A stretch of DNA of 38,517 bases. It comes from a virus (taxonomy: Duplodnaviria > Caudoviricetes). Both the position numbers and the translations under genes were made by a program. Where the stretch lies: IMG/VR virus record IMGVR_UViG_3300048599_000148, positions 1 to 38,517 of that record, one strand, 5' to 3'. The notes under the pieces are model-generated. The model made no database searches and was not told the origin of the DNA. It worked only from the letters and a program-made list of their open reading frames with translations. Shown here one piece after another: positions 24,604 to 33,332 of the stretch (the stretch's first letter is position 1; each line of letters begins with the position of its first letter).

Positions 24604-26552
24604 CAGTCAAAACCCTCCTCAGCTTCCAGCGCGATGTCCGCGCGCACCAAAATCCCGTGTTCGCGGCCGCCCGTGGTGCGGAAGCGCTCCGCCTTCCAGA
24701 GCGAATCCGGGGCCTGCTGCAGCGCGTTGACCCAGGCGCCGTCCGCGCCGCGCCTGGCGCTCCAGTCCGTGCCCTCGTACACGCGCGCCAGCGCGCTCGA
24801 TCGCTTGGAGAAGGCGAGCCAGTAAACGGGATCCGCCGCGTCATTGCCTTCACGCACCAGCGACAATCCGACCAGGGACAGACGCCGCCGCAGATAATCC
24901 AGCGAAGGCTTGCGGCTTTCCGCCATGTCCTCTTCCGTTGGGTACAGGAACACCTTGAGCGCGGCGCCGATCTGTTTGTGTTGCCAGTCGCGCCAGGAAT
25001 CTGGCGCGGCCGTGAGAATGTGATTGAGGCAGCGCCGCCAGTTTGGCGCGCCCGCGTCCGAGACGCCGAAGCCGATCAGCGGCGCGATCAGCTCTTCCAT
25101 TTCATCGCTGCTGGACGGCAGATCCTGCAGCACCAGGTCCGCCGCCGCCAGCAATGTGCCCAGCTGATCCTGCGCCCGGTTTGAAAGGCCGGCCGCGCCC
25201 AGCGCTTCGCGGAACTGCGTCAGCCGTTCCGGCCAATATTTCCAGGTGGACACCACGCGCGCCAGCAGCGCCGAGCCCAGCGCCGCCGCCTCTTCCGCGC
25301 TCACCTTGGGCGCCTTCGCGCCCGGCTTTGGCGGCCGCAGCGCCAGGATCGTGGTGCGGCTTTGCTCCGCCGGCCGCAACGCCGGCGGATTGATCGCCGA
25401 AAACAGGAACGCGCCGCGTGCCTGGTAATTCGTCGGCACGCCGTCCGCGCCGCCGCGCGCCACCTTGCCGCCCGAGGCCGCGAGGCGCGCCAGGCGCATG
25501 ACGGCGGCGCCCTTGGCCTCATCCTCGTTTTCAAACTCATCGAACGCGACGCCCAGCGCGTCATGCGACAGCGTTTGATAAAGGCCGGCGGCCGTGGCGT
25601 CCGCCACGTCCAGCAGGCGATCGCCCATCACAGCCTTGATCAGATATTGCAGCGTGGATTTGCCCATGCCGGCGTCGCCGGTCAGCATCACCTGCGGACG
25701 CCAATCGACGGCCGCGCCATACATCGACACAACGCACCAGCCCAGCAGCAGCCGCGCATCCAGATCCCCGCGCGCCCAATTCCAGCAATTGAACAATTCC
25801 AGCAGCCGGCGCGCCGCTGCTCGCGAATCCTCGCCGCCGTCGCCTTTCGGCGGCGCCAGCTTCGGCCCGGCCGGATAAACGTGCGCCCCGAAAATGCCCG
25901 GCTCCTGCACCTCGCCGTCAATCACAACCTGATCGCCGTAATGCAGGATCAGTTCGCCGCGATCGCCTTTCCAGGCGCCGCGCCCGCGCACCCGATCATT
26001 GGGATCAAACACGCCCTTGCGCCCGCAGGCGTCCATCAGATCCCGGCGCACCGTTTCATATTGCACGCGGCGCTTGTTGGTTTTGCTGGCCGCGCCCCAC
26101 ATCGTCACCAGGTACGCCGTTTGCGGACAAAAGAGCGCATCAATATGCGCCTGGCCAAAATTGCCCGCCGGCATGGCCGACAATTCGCGATCCGGCGTCA
26201 GATAAAAGAATGTGGCGTTCTTCTTACCCAGCGGCACCACCGGACAATGCGGCGGCAGGCCCAGATCATCCGGCTCCCAGATGAAACCATGTTCTTTACG
26301 CTCAAGCTCCGCATCGGCCGCCACCAGGCGCTCAACATCGATGCGATCCATATCCATGATTTCCGAGCGCAGCCGATCGGAAACATCCAGGCCATGCTTG
26401 GCCGCCACGTCGATCGTTTCACGCACCGCGTCTTCGCGGCCGCGCTTTACGGCATCAATCCCGCCTGCAGCCGCAGCAGCACGCTTGGCTTCCAAAAACG
26501 CACGATCGCCAAAGCGATCATCCGGCCCAGCGTTTGCCCCGTCCGCGCTCAT
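24603..26552 (-). CDS. Replicative P-loop NTPase/helicase (partner of the primase)
   Basis: Walker A GDAGMGKST, Walker B VAFDEFE, FLFSAIN; directly downstream of the primase gene. Confidence 0.8.
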   Translation of the reverse strand: MSADGANAGPDDRFGDRAFLEAKRAAAAAGGIDAVKRGREDAVRETIDVAAKHGLDVSDRLRSEIMDMDRIDVERLVAADAELERKEHGFIWEPDDLGLPPHCPVVPLGKKNATFFYLTPDRELSAMPAGNFGQAHIDALFCPQTAYLVTMWGAASKTNKRRVQYETVRRDLMDACGRKGVFDPNDRVRGRGAWKGDRGELILHYGDQVVIDGEVQEPGIFGAHVYPAGPKLAPPKGDGGEDSRAAARRLLELFNCWNWARGDLDARLLLGWCVVSMYGAAVDWRPQVMLTGDAGMGKSTLQYLIKAVMGDRLLDVADATAAGLYQTLSHDALGVAFDEFENEDEAKGAAVMRLARLAASGGKVARGGADGVPTNYQARGAFLFSAINPPALRPAEQSRTTILALRPPKPGAKAPKVSAEEAAALGSALLARVVSTWKYWPERLTQFREALGAAGLSNRAQDQLGTLLAAADLVLQDLPSSSDEMEELIAPLIGFGVSDAGAPNWRRCLNHILTAAPDSWRDWQHKQIGAALKVFLYPTEEDMAESRKPSLDYLRRRLSLVGLSLVREGNDAADPVYWLAFSKRSSALARVYEGTDWSARRGADGAWVNALQQAPDSLWKAERFRTTGGREHGILVRADIALEAEEGFD

Positions 26553-27748
26553 GCGCTTTCCCCGTTCATCTCAGCCAAGAAGGCCTGCAGCACATCGTTG
26601 AAATCTTTTGCGCCGTTCTTCGGCCGCGCCACGTAAAGCGCCGCACCCAGCTTTTTCGCCTGCTGCGCCGCGCCCATTTGCGTGCGGTCCCAGGCGCGCC
26701 GCGCCTGATCGATCGCCTTGGGATCGCGCCCAGCCAGATCGTCATTGTCCTTGATCAGAATGATCGCGCGCACGCAGGCCGGGATCTCCACCAGGCCCAT
26801 GCCCATCAGATTGCCGGCGGCCCACACGCGCCATTCCGGACACGCCAGCGCTACAGTCAGCGCATCTTCCACGCCTTCCGTGATCGCCAGCACATCGTCA
26901 TCACAGCCGGCCGCCAGCGCCTTGGCCGGCGAAAGCCCGGATTTGCCTTTGGCGATCCGGATGGCGCCGCCCCAGAAATCCGTGGGCCAGATCCGGCGCG
27001 GATTCTTCAGCGCCGCCTTGCGGCCATCCTTCAGAAAGGTGCGATGCACCGCCCAGGGCTTGTCATCCGGCCCCGTGATCAGCGCCGTCATGCAATCGAA
27101 TCGTGCATCCGTTTCCTTGTCGATCGCGTTGGCGCGCCAGCGCAGCGAATTGGGCACGGCGCGCCGCGCCGCGAGGTGCGCTAGGTCCACGCCGCGCGAT
27201 TGCTTCAGATAGGTCCAGACCGGATCGCCCGGCGCCAGCGGCTTGTCATTGCGCCAGCCGTCAAACGCGGATTTGCGATTGCCGGCCAGTTCCGCCGCCG
27301 CCTTGTCGCGCGCGTCCTTTTCCTCTTTCTCCAGCTGCGCCTTGGCCTTGGCCTGTTCCGGCCGCGAGGCGTCGAACGCGCCCGCGCCGGCCCAGCCGAC
27401 AAAGCGCAGCGCGATTTCAAACGATGTTTTGCGATCGCGCGGATTGCCGGTTTTGACATAGCCGCACAGATCCATCGCATCCCCAGAATCGCCCGTGGCG
27501 AAATCGGTCCAGCCGCCTTGCTTGGCGTGGCCCTGGCCATAAATCACGAACGATCCGGGGTGGCGATCGCCGCGCGTTGGATTCAGCGGCGTGAAGATCC
27601 CCGCCGATTTGTGCAGCGGCGCGAGCTGCAGCCAGGCGCACAGGGAATCGATGCGCTTGGCGCATTCCGCCGCCACCAGTTTGGGCTCAGGCGGCCGCCG
27701 GGAAGATGAGGCTTCAGGCACCGGATCAGGCCGCGTCCAGCTCTTCAT
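26549..27748 (-). CDS. DNA primase (Toprim domain, P4 alpha-like N-terminal half)
   Basis: WTDFATGDSGD, YLKQSRG, AVHRTFL, ITEGVEDAL, DND and KDFND motifs. Confidence 0.88.
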   Translation of the reverse strand: MKSWTRPDPVPEASSSRRPPEPKLVAAECAKRIDSLCAWLQLAPLHKSAGIFTPLNPTRGDRHPGSFVIYGQGHAKQGGWTDFATGDSGDAMDLCGYVKTGNPRDRKTSFEIALRFVGWAGAGAFDASRPEQAKAKAQLEKEEKDARDKAAAELAGNRKSAFDGWRNDKPLAPGDPVWTYLKQSRGVDLAHLAARRAVPNSLRWRANAIDKETDARFDCMTALITGPDDKPWAVHRTFLKDGRKAALKNPRRIWPTDFWGGAIRIAKGKSGLSPAKALAAGCDDDVLAITEGVEDALTVALACPEWRVWAAGNLMGMGLVEIPACVRAIILIKDNDDLAGRDPKAIDQARRAWDRTQMGAAQQAKKLGAALYVARPKNGAKDFNDVLQAFLAEMNGESA

Positions 27749-28163
27749 CGATCAGCGCGCTGACATAGCCGCCGCACTGAATCACATGCTCAAACGCGCC
27801 CGACATTTCCCAGCGCACGATCGCGAAGATCGCCTGCGCCTCAAGATGTTTCAGCCCGTTCAGGCGCACGAAATTTTCCACCGCTTCCATGCGCTGGAAA
27901 CTCTCAGGCTGGCTCAGCGGATTAGCGCGGAACACATGGCCGCGCGTCATCGCCTCGCGCACCTTCTCGCAATAATGGAGCGCCTTGCGCAGATCCTCGA
28001 TCCGCGTCGATCGACGCCGGCGCGCAATGTAGCGCGTGATATTGCCGGACCAGACGCAGAGCCCGGCTTCCAGCCACAGATCCCAGGTTTCCTTCACCTG
28101 CTTTTTGTAGTGATCGCCGCCCACCTGGCGCGCGTTTGCGTCGATCGAAATCAGTTCGCCCAT
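27726..28163 (-). CDS. DUF3310-family protein (related to the T7 gp1.7 nucleotide kinase domain)
   Basis: QVGGDHYK...GNITRYIAR...IEDLRKALHY; GGAGG RBS before ATG 28163. Confidence 0.8.
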   Translation of the reverse strand: MGELISIDANARQVGGDHYKKQVKETWDLWLEAGLCVWSGNITRYIARRRRSTRIEDLRKALHYCEKVREAMTRGHVFRANPLSQPESFQRMEAVENFVRLNGLKHLEAQAIFAIVRWEMSGAFEHVIQCGGYVSALIDEELDAA

Positions 28164-28164
28164 G

Positions 28165-28368
28165 TCAGCCTCCGAATAATTGCCGCCAGAAAACCATCGA
28201 CGTGACGCCGGCCACGAAATTGCAGGAGCCCCAGAACACGCGGCCGGCGCGCACAAACACAAAGGCGCTGCGCACGCTGGAAATGGCGATCACGCCGGCG
28301 CCGAGCACCGCACCCACTTGGCGTGGATCCAGCTGCTGCGCGGCGGCGAGAAAATGCTCCGCGCTCAT
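28165..28368 (-). CDS. Small hydrophobic hypothetical protein
   Basis: GAGG RBS, ATGA overlap, 67 aa. Confidence 0.55.
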   Translation of the reverse strand: MSAEHFLAAAQQLDPRQVGAVLGAGVIAISSVRSAFVFVRAGRVFWGSCNFVAGVTSMVFWRQLFGG

Positions 28369-28655
28369 GCCGCCTCATCCTCTTTCGACGCACAGCTGCG
28401 CTGAAGCAGCTTAAAGCCGAACTCCAACCCACCAATCAGAACCGCAACCGCGCAGAGCAGGGCCAAAAAAACCGATGCAATCTGATCAAAGCCAGTTTCT
28501 GGACTCATCGAAAAATTCAGCCCGATGACATTGCAGAACCAGAAAAACGCAAGATAACTGACGCGCCCCGCAGCCAAGGCCAGAAATGGCGTTGCAATCA
28601 CTGCAGCCAATCCAGCGGCTTTGCATTGCAGGCACTTTTGATTTTCGCATTTCAT
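28365..28655 (-). CDS. Small membrane protein (96 aa)
   Basis: MKCENQKCLQCKAAGLAAVIA... with 2-3 hydrophobic helices; ATGA overlaps at both ends; lower GC. Confidence 0.55.
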   Translation of the reverse strand: MKCENQKCLQCKAAGLAAVIATPFLALAAGRVSYLAFFWFCNVIGLNFSMSPETGFDQIASVFLALLCAVAVLIGGLEFGFKLLQRSCASKEDEAA

Positions 28656-29086
28656 GCCGCCACCGCCACGGCGCGACGCACCGTTTCCAGACCTTGTTCG
28701 ATCAGTGGCGCGGCGCGCCAGCGCTCCACGAATTGAATCATCCGGCGCAGATCGCGCCGATCGGCGCGCATCGCTTCGGCCAGATGCCGCAGCGGGACTT
28801 CGCAATGGACATTGGCGGAATAGACCGCCAGCGCCGTGGCCAGCTTCACCGCCGAGGAGGAATAAAGCTCCTTGCCGCCGCCGCCCGGCGCCTCGCGCAG
28901 ATCCGCGCCGATCATCGTGATCCTGACGACCGCGACGCACGCCGCGTAGGTGCGTTCCGCGCGCTTCACATCCATCTTTTTCGGCGCCGCGTCGCGCGAG
29001 GCTGGCCGCCGGCTGGCTGTTCGCCCGATACGCGAGACGCTGGCGGAATCCGCGCACGCCAGCGCATTACTTGAAAGCGCACTCAT
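28652..29086 (-). CDS. DnaA C-terminal-like helix-turn-helix protein
   Basis: ALAVYSANVHCEVPLRHLAEAMRADRRDLRRMIQFVERWR resembles alphaproteobacterial stand-alone DnaA domain IV-like proteins. Confidence 0.6.
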   Translation of the reverse strand: MSALSSNALACADSASVSRIGRTASRRPASRDAAPKKMDVKRAERTYAACVAVVRITMIGADLREAPGGGGKELYSSSAVKLATALAVYSANVHCEVPLRHLAEAMRADRRDLRRMIQFVERWRAAPLIEQGLETVRRAVAVAA

Positions 29087-29108
29087 CGAAATGACCCCCC
29101 GGTTAGTT

Positions 29109-29345
29109 TCAGTTGATGATGGATTGCCCCAGCAGCGTGGTGGTGAAGCCGTGCGCGCGGATGTCGCCGCGCTCCGCCAGGTGGCCCAGCTCTTCCAGAA
29201 CGCCTTCGAATAATTCCGGATCGGCGCCCGTCATGCCGATCTGCACCGCGCCCGATGGATCCAGGCGCAGCACCAGAAATTCAGCGTCCGGATCCCGGCG
29301 CGCCGCGTTGCTTAAAATCCAGGTGAGGAGAAGCGCGGCGCTCAT
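29109..29345 (-). CDS. Hypothetical protein (78 aa)
   Basis: GAGG RBS; ATGA overlap with the cro stop. Confidence 0.6.
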   Translation of the reverse strand: MSAALLLTWILSNAARRDPDAEFLVLRLDPSGAVQIGMTGADPELFEGVLEELGHLAERGDIRAHGFTTTLLGQSIIN

Positions 29346-29611
29346 TCGACCACCTCGCCATTGCGCGGCGCGAATTCTTCCAGGACCAGGGCGATCCCGC
29401 GCTTTTTCGCGTTCGCCACCATGCGCAGCTGCGCCGACATAGGAACCGCGCCGCCAGTCCCGCCGCTCTTCCGCGGCTTTAACCATTCGTAAAGGCGGCG
29501 CGGATGCCGGCCTGCTAGATCTGCCGCGACATCGAACCCCCCGAGCTTGCGGATCACGCGCGCGGCTGGCGTGTTGGATGTTTGCAGAACGGCGGGCAGC
29601 GGATGCGGCAT
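29342..29611 (-). CDS. cro: Cro-like HTH regulator
   Basis: PAARVIRKLGG..VAADLAG....LYEW.......GGTGGAVP; divergent from the CI-like gene. Confidence 0.75.
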   Translation of the reverse strand: MPHPLPAVLQTSNTPAARVIRKLGGFDVAADLAGRHPRRLYEWLKPRKSGGTGGAVPMSAQLRMVANAKKRGIALVLEEFAPRNGEVVE

Positions 29612-29707
29612 TGCTTAATCCGTTTTCACGAAAATCGTCAATCTCTGTAATACCAATTTTCAGTTTTCGTCAATCAATGATTGAACGAAACTTTCCACAA
29701 TAGGGGC
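29612..29707. promoter_or_regulatory. Lysis/lysogeny switch region with operator-like TTTCACGAAA sites and TTGACG -35 boxes
   Basis: AT-rich; TTTCACGAAA at 29624..29633 with variants near 29665 and 29681; TTGACG occurs twice on the minus strand. Confidence 0.7.
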
Positions 29708-30283
29708 ATGCGTGGAAAAGAGATCAAACGCCTGCTGAAGGAACGCGGCCGCTCGCAAGCCGAGCTGGCCCGCTTTCTCAACAAGACGGACGCCAGCGTG
29801 TCGCGCCTGGTGCGCGAGGAGCGCGAGGCCAAGGCGTCCGAGGTGGCGGCCATCCGCGACTTCTTCAATCAGCCGCCCGAGGCCGCCCCGATCCGCAGCG
29901 GCCATGCCGGCGTGATCCCCCTATATGGATACGCCGCCGCAGGCGACGGCGAGCGCATCGCTATGATCCAGGAACAGGTTCTGGAATGGCTGGATCCGCC
30001 GGACATTCAAGGTCGCGCCAACGCCACGGCCGCCTTCCGGGTATCCGGCGAGAGCATGGAGCCCCGCTTGTTCGCCGGCGAGCTTGTCTATGTGGCCTTA
30101 GGCCTGGCGCCCGCGCGCGGCCAGGATTGCATTGTGGAGCTGCAGGACAACAGCGCGCTGGTGAAGACCTACGATGGAAGCCGGGATGGCCGGATCTATC
30201 TGAAGCAATACAACCCCGACAAGCAGCTGGCCTTCACATGGGACCAGATGCGCGGACTCCATGCTGTTGTGGCCCGCGCATGA
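29708..30283 (+). CDS. cI: CI-type repressor (XRE HTH plus S24 peptidase)
   Basis: SQAELARFL...ASVSRL HTH, AAG cleavage-site region, catalytic Ser in VSGESMEP and Lys in LVK. ATG at 29708 preferred over TTG at 29681. Confidence 0.92.
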   Translation: MRGKEIKRLLKERGRSQAELARFLNKTDASVSRLVREEREAKASEVAAIRDFFNQPPEAAPIRSGHAGVIPLYGYAAAGDGERIAMIQEQVLEWLDPPDIQGRANATAAFRVSGESMEPRLFAGELVYVALGLAPARGQDCIVELQDNSALVKTYDGSRDGRIYLKQYNPDKQLAFTWDQMRGLHAVVARA

Positions 30284-30292
30284 TCGCAAATA

Positions 30293-30340
30293 AACCGTGA
30301 AATTCCCTGATTGACGTTTGCCGTTTTTCGTGAAAGTTTC
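30293..30340 (+). promoter_or_regulatory. Promoter/operator for the rightward early operon
   Basis: TTGACG at 30311 and TTTCGTGAAA at 30326..30335, the same dyad as in the cI/cro region. Confidence 0.65.
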
Positions 30341-30366
30341 CGCCTCCTTAAGCAAAGGAGGCCGCA

Positions 30367-30786
30367 ATGGCGCGCGAAAAGTCAGACCAGACACAAACAA
30401 ATGATGAGGCGGAACGGGTCGCCAACACCACCCAGCAGGCGAGCCAGGACGCTGGCGCCGCTCAGGACGCGAGTGGATCGCAAGACGGCCTTTCCGAAAA
30501 TCGAGACGGCGACGGAATCGAAGACGCCACGGACCCGGACGATCTTCTGACCGACGACGAACGCCAGGCCGCCGCGACGGCGCAGGCGCAACAGCGCGAG
30601 CGCACAGGCCTGGCCCTGTTTGAAATGCGGCCCATCAGCGAATTGGCCATGAACTACCGCAAGCTGGCCGACGAAGGCCGGCTGGACTCCCGCACGTCCG
30701 AGCTGTTCGCCGGCGTGATCAGATCGCTCGAAGCGATTTCCGAACAGCTCGACGAACTCCGCGCCGTAACGACTCCCCCCCTCTAA
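30367..30786 (+). CDS. Hypothetical protein with an acidic disordered N-terminus
   Basis: AAGGAGG RBS; 139 aa. Confidence 0.75.
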   Translation: MAREKSDQTQTNDEAERVANTTQQASQDAGAAQDASGSQDGLSENRDGDGIEDATDPDDLLTDDERQAAATAQAQQRERTGLALFEMRPISELAMNYRKLADEGRLDSRTSELFAGVIRSLEAISEQLDELRAVTTPPL

Positions 30787-30854
30787 CGGCGCGCGACAGG
30801 CGGCGCGCGCAATCCCGTGGCGCGCGCCGCCGCTTTCTTCCTGGAGGTTTTGCA

Positions 30855-31121
30855 ATGATCGATCTGGAAACCATCGACTACTTGAACGGCAAAGTCCGCC
30901 TGCAGACATTTCAACCCGCCGCGATCGATACGTTTTTTGAAGTCGATAAATCACACGAAGGCCGACCAATCACACGCATCTTTGTTCGCGGCGGCGTAAG
31001 CTGGGACGCCTACGTGACGCGCGCCGACCTGGCGCAGCAGATCCGCGCATTCATGGCCGAAGGCACAGAGCGCGACGAAACCGCACCCGGCCTATTTCAG
31101 ATTGAGTTCGGCGGCCGCTAG
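30855..31121 (+). CDS. Hypothetical protein (88 aa)
   Basis: GGAGG RBS. Confidence 0.75.
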   Translation: MIDLETIDYLNGKVRLQTFQPAAIDTFFEVDKSHEGRPITRIFVRGGVSWDAYVTRADLAQQIRAFMAEGTERDETAPGLFQIEFGGR

Positions 31122-31125
31122 CGCC

Positions 31126-31413
31126 ATGCATCGCCTCCCGCCGGCCAGAAAATTCAATCCCGACACCGGGCCACAATGCGCCTGGTGCCGGGAGTATCTG
31201 GAAGATGCGCCGCTGACGCTCAGCGCCGCGATCGACGGCGTGCACTTCGACGATTCTCTGCGTCTGATCCTGGCGGATTTTGATGTGGACTGCCCCAGCT
31301 GCAGCCGCCCGAACAAGGTGCGCCTTTTGTTGCCCGGCGACAGCACCCAAAGCGGCGAGGTTGAAGCCCTACGCACCGACAAGGACAAGCGCTATCTAGG
31401 CGAGGCTGACTAA
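31126..31413 (+). CDS. Small zinc-binding protein
   Basis: CAWC...CPSC; TAATG overlap with xis. Confidence 0.65.
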   Translation: MHRLPPARKFNPDTGPQCAWCREYLEDAPLTLSAAIDGVHFDDSLRLILADFDVDCPSCSRPNKVRLLLPGDSTQSGEVEALRTDKDKRYLGEAD

Positions 31414-31724
31414 TGTCTGGCGTCTATACCCTCCGCGAACTGACGGCCTTGCTAGGCTACAAGGACCGCGACTCCTTCCGCCTGCATCGCCGGCGGATCG
31501 AGGCGCAGGGCTTTCCCGCGCCATTGCCGGGATCCACGCATCCCCTGAAATGGTCGCGCGCCCAGGTGGACGCCTGGCTGGAAAATCCACGCCCGGCCCA
31601 GAAAAAAGTCGCAGAGCAAAAGCCCGGCGCGCCCGCGCCGATCGACGAATTATCCGCCGCCCGCGCGAGAATCCGCGCACGCTTAGGCCAAGAAATATCG
31701 GCCGCGACGCATCCCGGCAGCTGA
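31413..31724 (+). CDS. xis: Excisionase / AlpA-like winged-HTH protein
   Basis: YTLRELTALLG...GFPAP.....LKWSRAQVDAWL; upstream of the integrase. Confidence 0.75.
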   Translation: MSGVYTLRELTALLGYKDRDSFRLHRRRIEAQGFPAPLPGSTHPLKWSRAQVDAWLENPRPAQKKVAEQKPGAPAPIDELSAARARIRARLGQEISAATHPGS

Positions 31725-31730
31725 CTTTCA

Positions 31731-31766
31731 TTGACGATTAACGTGAAAGCGCAATCATTCGCGAAA
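31731..31766 (+). promoter_or_regulatory. Integrase promoter overlapping operator-like sites
   Basis: TTGACGATTAACGTGAAA matches the reverse complement of 29624..29641 at 16/18 positions; a second site ATTCGCGAAA lies at 31757. Confidence 0.6.
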
Positions 31767-31782
31767 CAGCGAAGGCTATCCC

Positions 31783-32973
31783 ATGTCGAAAATCGCAAAA
31801 AGCAAATCCGCCGCCGCCAAGGCGAAGGCGTTCAAATATCTCTCCCCCGTGCTGGAACGCGGCGAGCAAATTGGCTGGCGCTTCAATCCGGGGCCAGGCC
31901 TGCGCGATCGCGGCGTGAAGTCGCAAGTGCTGCGCCATGAAAAGACCGGCGCATGGCTCACCCTTGAAGAGGCGCAAGCCTATCGTGACGCATTGCTGCA
32001 GGGCCACGCGCCGAAGGTGAAGGCGTCCGCCGCGCGCCAGGAGCCCCGCACCTTGAATGCTTTGTGGGCGGACTATCTGCGCTCGCCGGCGTTCACTGCC
32101 GAATATGGCGTGCATGACGAGGCGCTGCGCGCCGATACCCGCCGTTTTTACAAATCCATGGTGAAACGCTGGCTGGACATTTCCGGCACGGAGCTGGTGG
32201 CCGCGCTCGATCAGGATCTGATCAGCGAGTGTTATCAGGAAATCAAGGCGGCGACGTCGCACCATACCGCGCATGCGTCCCTTCGCGCGCTGCAGGCCGT
32301 CCTGGCGTTTGGCGTGAAGAGGCGCTGGCTTGCATCCAACCCGGCTTTAGGCCTTGGCCTGTCCCGTCCGGAAGGACGCCTGCGCCTTGGCACGCCAGAA
32401 GAAATGGCGGCGCTGGTGGCGGCCGCCGATGCGCTCAACCTGTCCGGCATTGGCGATGCGATCGTGGCGGCGCTTTGGACGGCGCAGCGCCAGGCCGACA
32501 TTTTGAAAACCGATCTTGGCCGCCAGTTCGACGGCGAGTTTCTATCCTACGGCCGCACGCACACCGACGACACCAGCCAGCAGAAGACGGCCGCCCAGGT
32601 CCTGATCCCTGTCATGGCGCCATTGCTCGAGCGCATCGACGGCCGCCGGCTTGGCGCCCTTGCGCCGGCGCAGGATGGCCTGTTCTGGAATCCGCACACA
32701 TTCCGCCACCGCTTCGCGGACGTGCGCGCCAAGGCGGCCGAGGCCGTCCCGAGCGTGGCGGATTTTGAATTTCGGGATCTGCGGGACACCGCCGTGACGC
32801 GCCTGTTCGACGCCGGCAAAAGCGAGCTGGAAATTGCGCAATGGTCCGGCCACAGCCGCAAGAGCGTGGGCGACATCCTGCAGAAACACTATCTGGTCAC
32901 GAACCGGGAAAAGCAGCGCGAGAGCGGCGCGGACTTCGAAGCCTGGCGCCAGCGCAAAGGCATCAAATATTGA
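31783..32973 (+). CDS. int: Tyrosine recombinase / phage integrase
   Basis: TAQRQADI (catalytic R), FRDLRDT (H/RxxR), WSGH and KHY (catalytic Y); adjacent to attP. Confidence 0.93.
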   Translation: MSKIAKSKSAAAKAKAFKYLSPVLERGEQIGWRFNPGPGLRDRGVKSQVLRHEKTGAWLTLEEAQAYRDALLQGHAPKVKASAARQEPRTLNALWADYLRSPAFTAEYGVHDEALRADTRRFYKSMVKRWLDISGTELVAALDQDLISECYQEIKAATSHHTAHASLRALQAVLAFGVKRRWLASNPALGLGLSRPEGRLRLGTPEEMAALVAAADALNLSGIGDAIVAALWTAQRQADILKTDLGRQFDGEFLSYGRTHTDDTSQQKTAAQVLIPVMAPLLERIDGRRLGALAPAQDGLFWNPHTFRHRFADVRAKAAEAVPSVADFEFRDLRDTAVTRLFDAGKSELEIAQWSGHSRKSVGDILQKHYLVTNREKQRESGADFEAWRQRKGIKY

Positions 32974-33080
32974 GGCCGGGAGAGCGCCCGCGTTCTCCTA
33001 ATGTCCGGTTAAAAGTCGCACGCTGCGACTTTTCGTTCCTTCAGCGTTCTTGTTTGGAAATCAGAAAACCCAGTGAAAAC

Positions 33081-33126
33081 TGGTGGGTGATGTAGGATTC
33101 GAACCTACGACCCGCTGATTAAGAGT
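33081..33126 (-). mobile_element. attP core: 3' half of tRNA-Lys(CTT), not a complete tRNA
   Basis: Minus strand reads ACTCTTAATCAGCGGGTCGTAGGTTCGAATCCTACATCACCCACCA, i.e. anticodon loop CTT, T arm, acceptor 3' strand and CCA. There is no D arm or 5' acceptor strand. Confidence 0.9.
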
Positions 33127-33143
33127 AAGCGGCTACCTAATAA

Positions 33144-33156
33144 AATCAATGGCTTA
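33144..33156 (+). promoter_or_regulatory. IHF binding site in attP
   Basis: AATCAATGGCTTA matches WATCAANNNNTTR exactly. Confidence 0.7.
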
Positions 33157-33227
33157 CAGAGCCAAAATCGCGACTTGTGCGGGTTTTATGCCGGAAATCG
33201 CACGGTTTCTAGCGGGTGAAAATCGCA

Positions 33228-33256
33228 AAGCGCGGCCACAATTGTGGCCGCGTTTT
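33228..33256. terminator. Palindromic hairpin, probable terminator between int and the late operon
   Basis: Perfect 22-bp palindrome CGCGGCCACAATTGTGGCCGCG flanked by AAA and TTTT. Confidence 0.55.
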
Positions 33257-33332
33257 CTTCGCCGAAATCGCTCCGTTTGTCCACATGCTTAGCCCTCCAA
33301 AAACCCGCACGAAACCGGGCGCCAGTCGCACG

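Noticed and set aside
29615-29629. CtrA box at the cro start (TTAA-N7-TCAC), and a similar half-match near 21863..21877
   Set aside because: Two mismatches in the second half-site, and both overlap other explained elements (operator, a1 hairpin); too weak to call.
32770-32790. Integrase inactivated by loss of the HxxR histidine (FRDLRDT)
   Set aside because: This position varies among active tyrosine recombinases, the other catalytic residues are intact, and the circular form has an intact attP.
33081-33140. Functional phage-encoded tRNA-Lys
   Set aside because: Only the anticodon loop to CCA is present; the 5' acceptor strand and D arm are missing and the anticodon stem has a mismatch. It is an att core.
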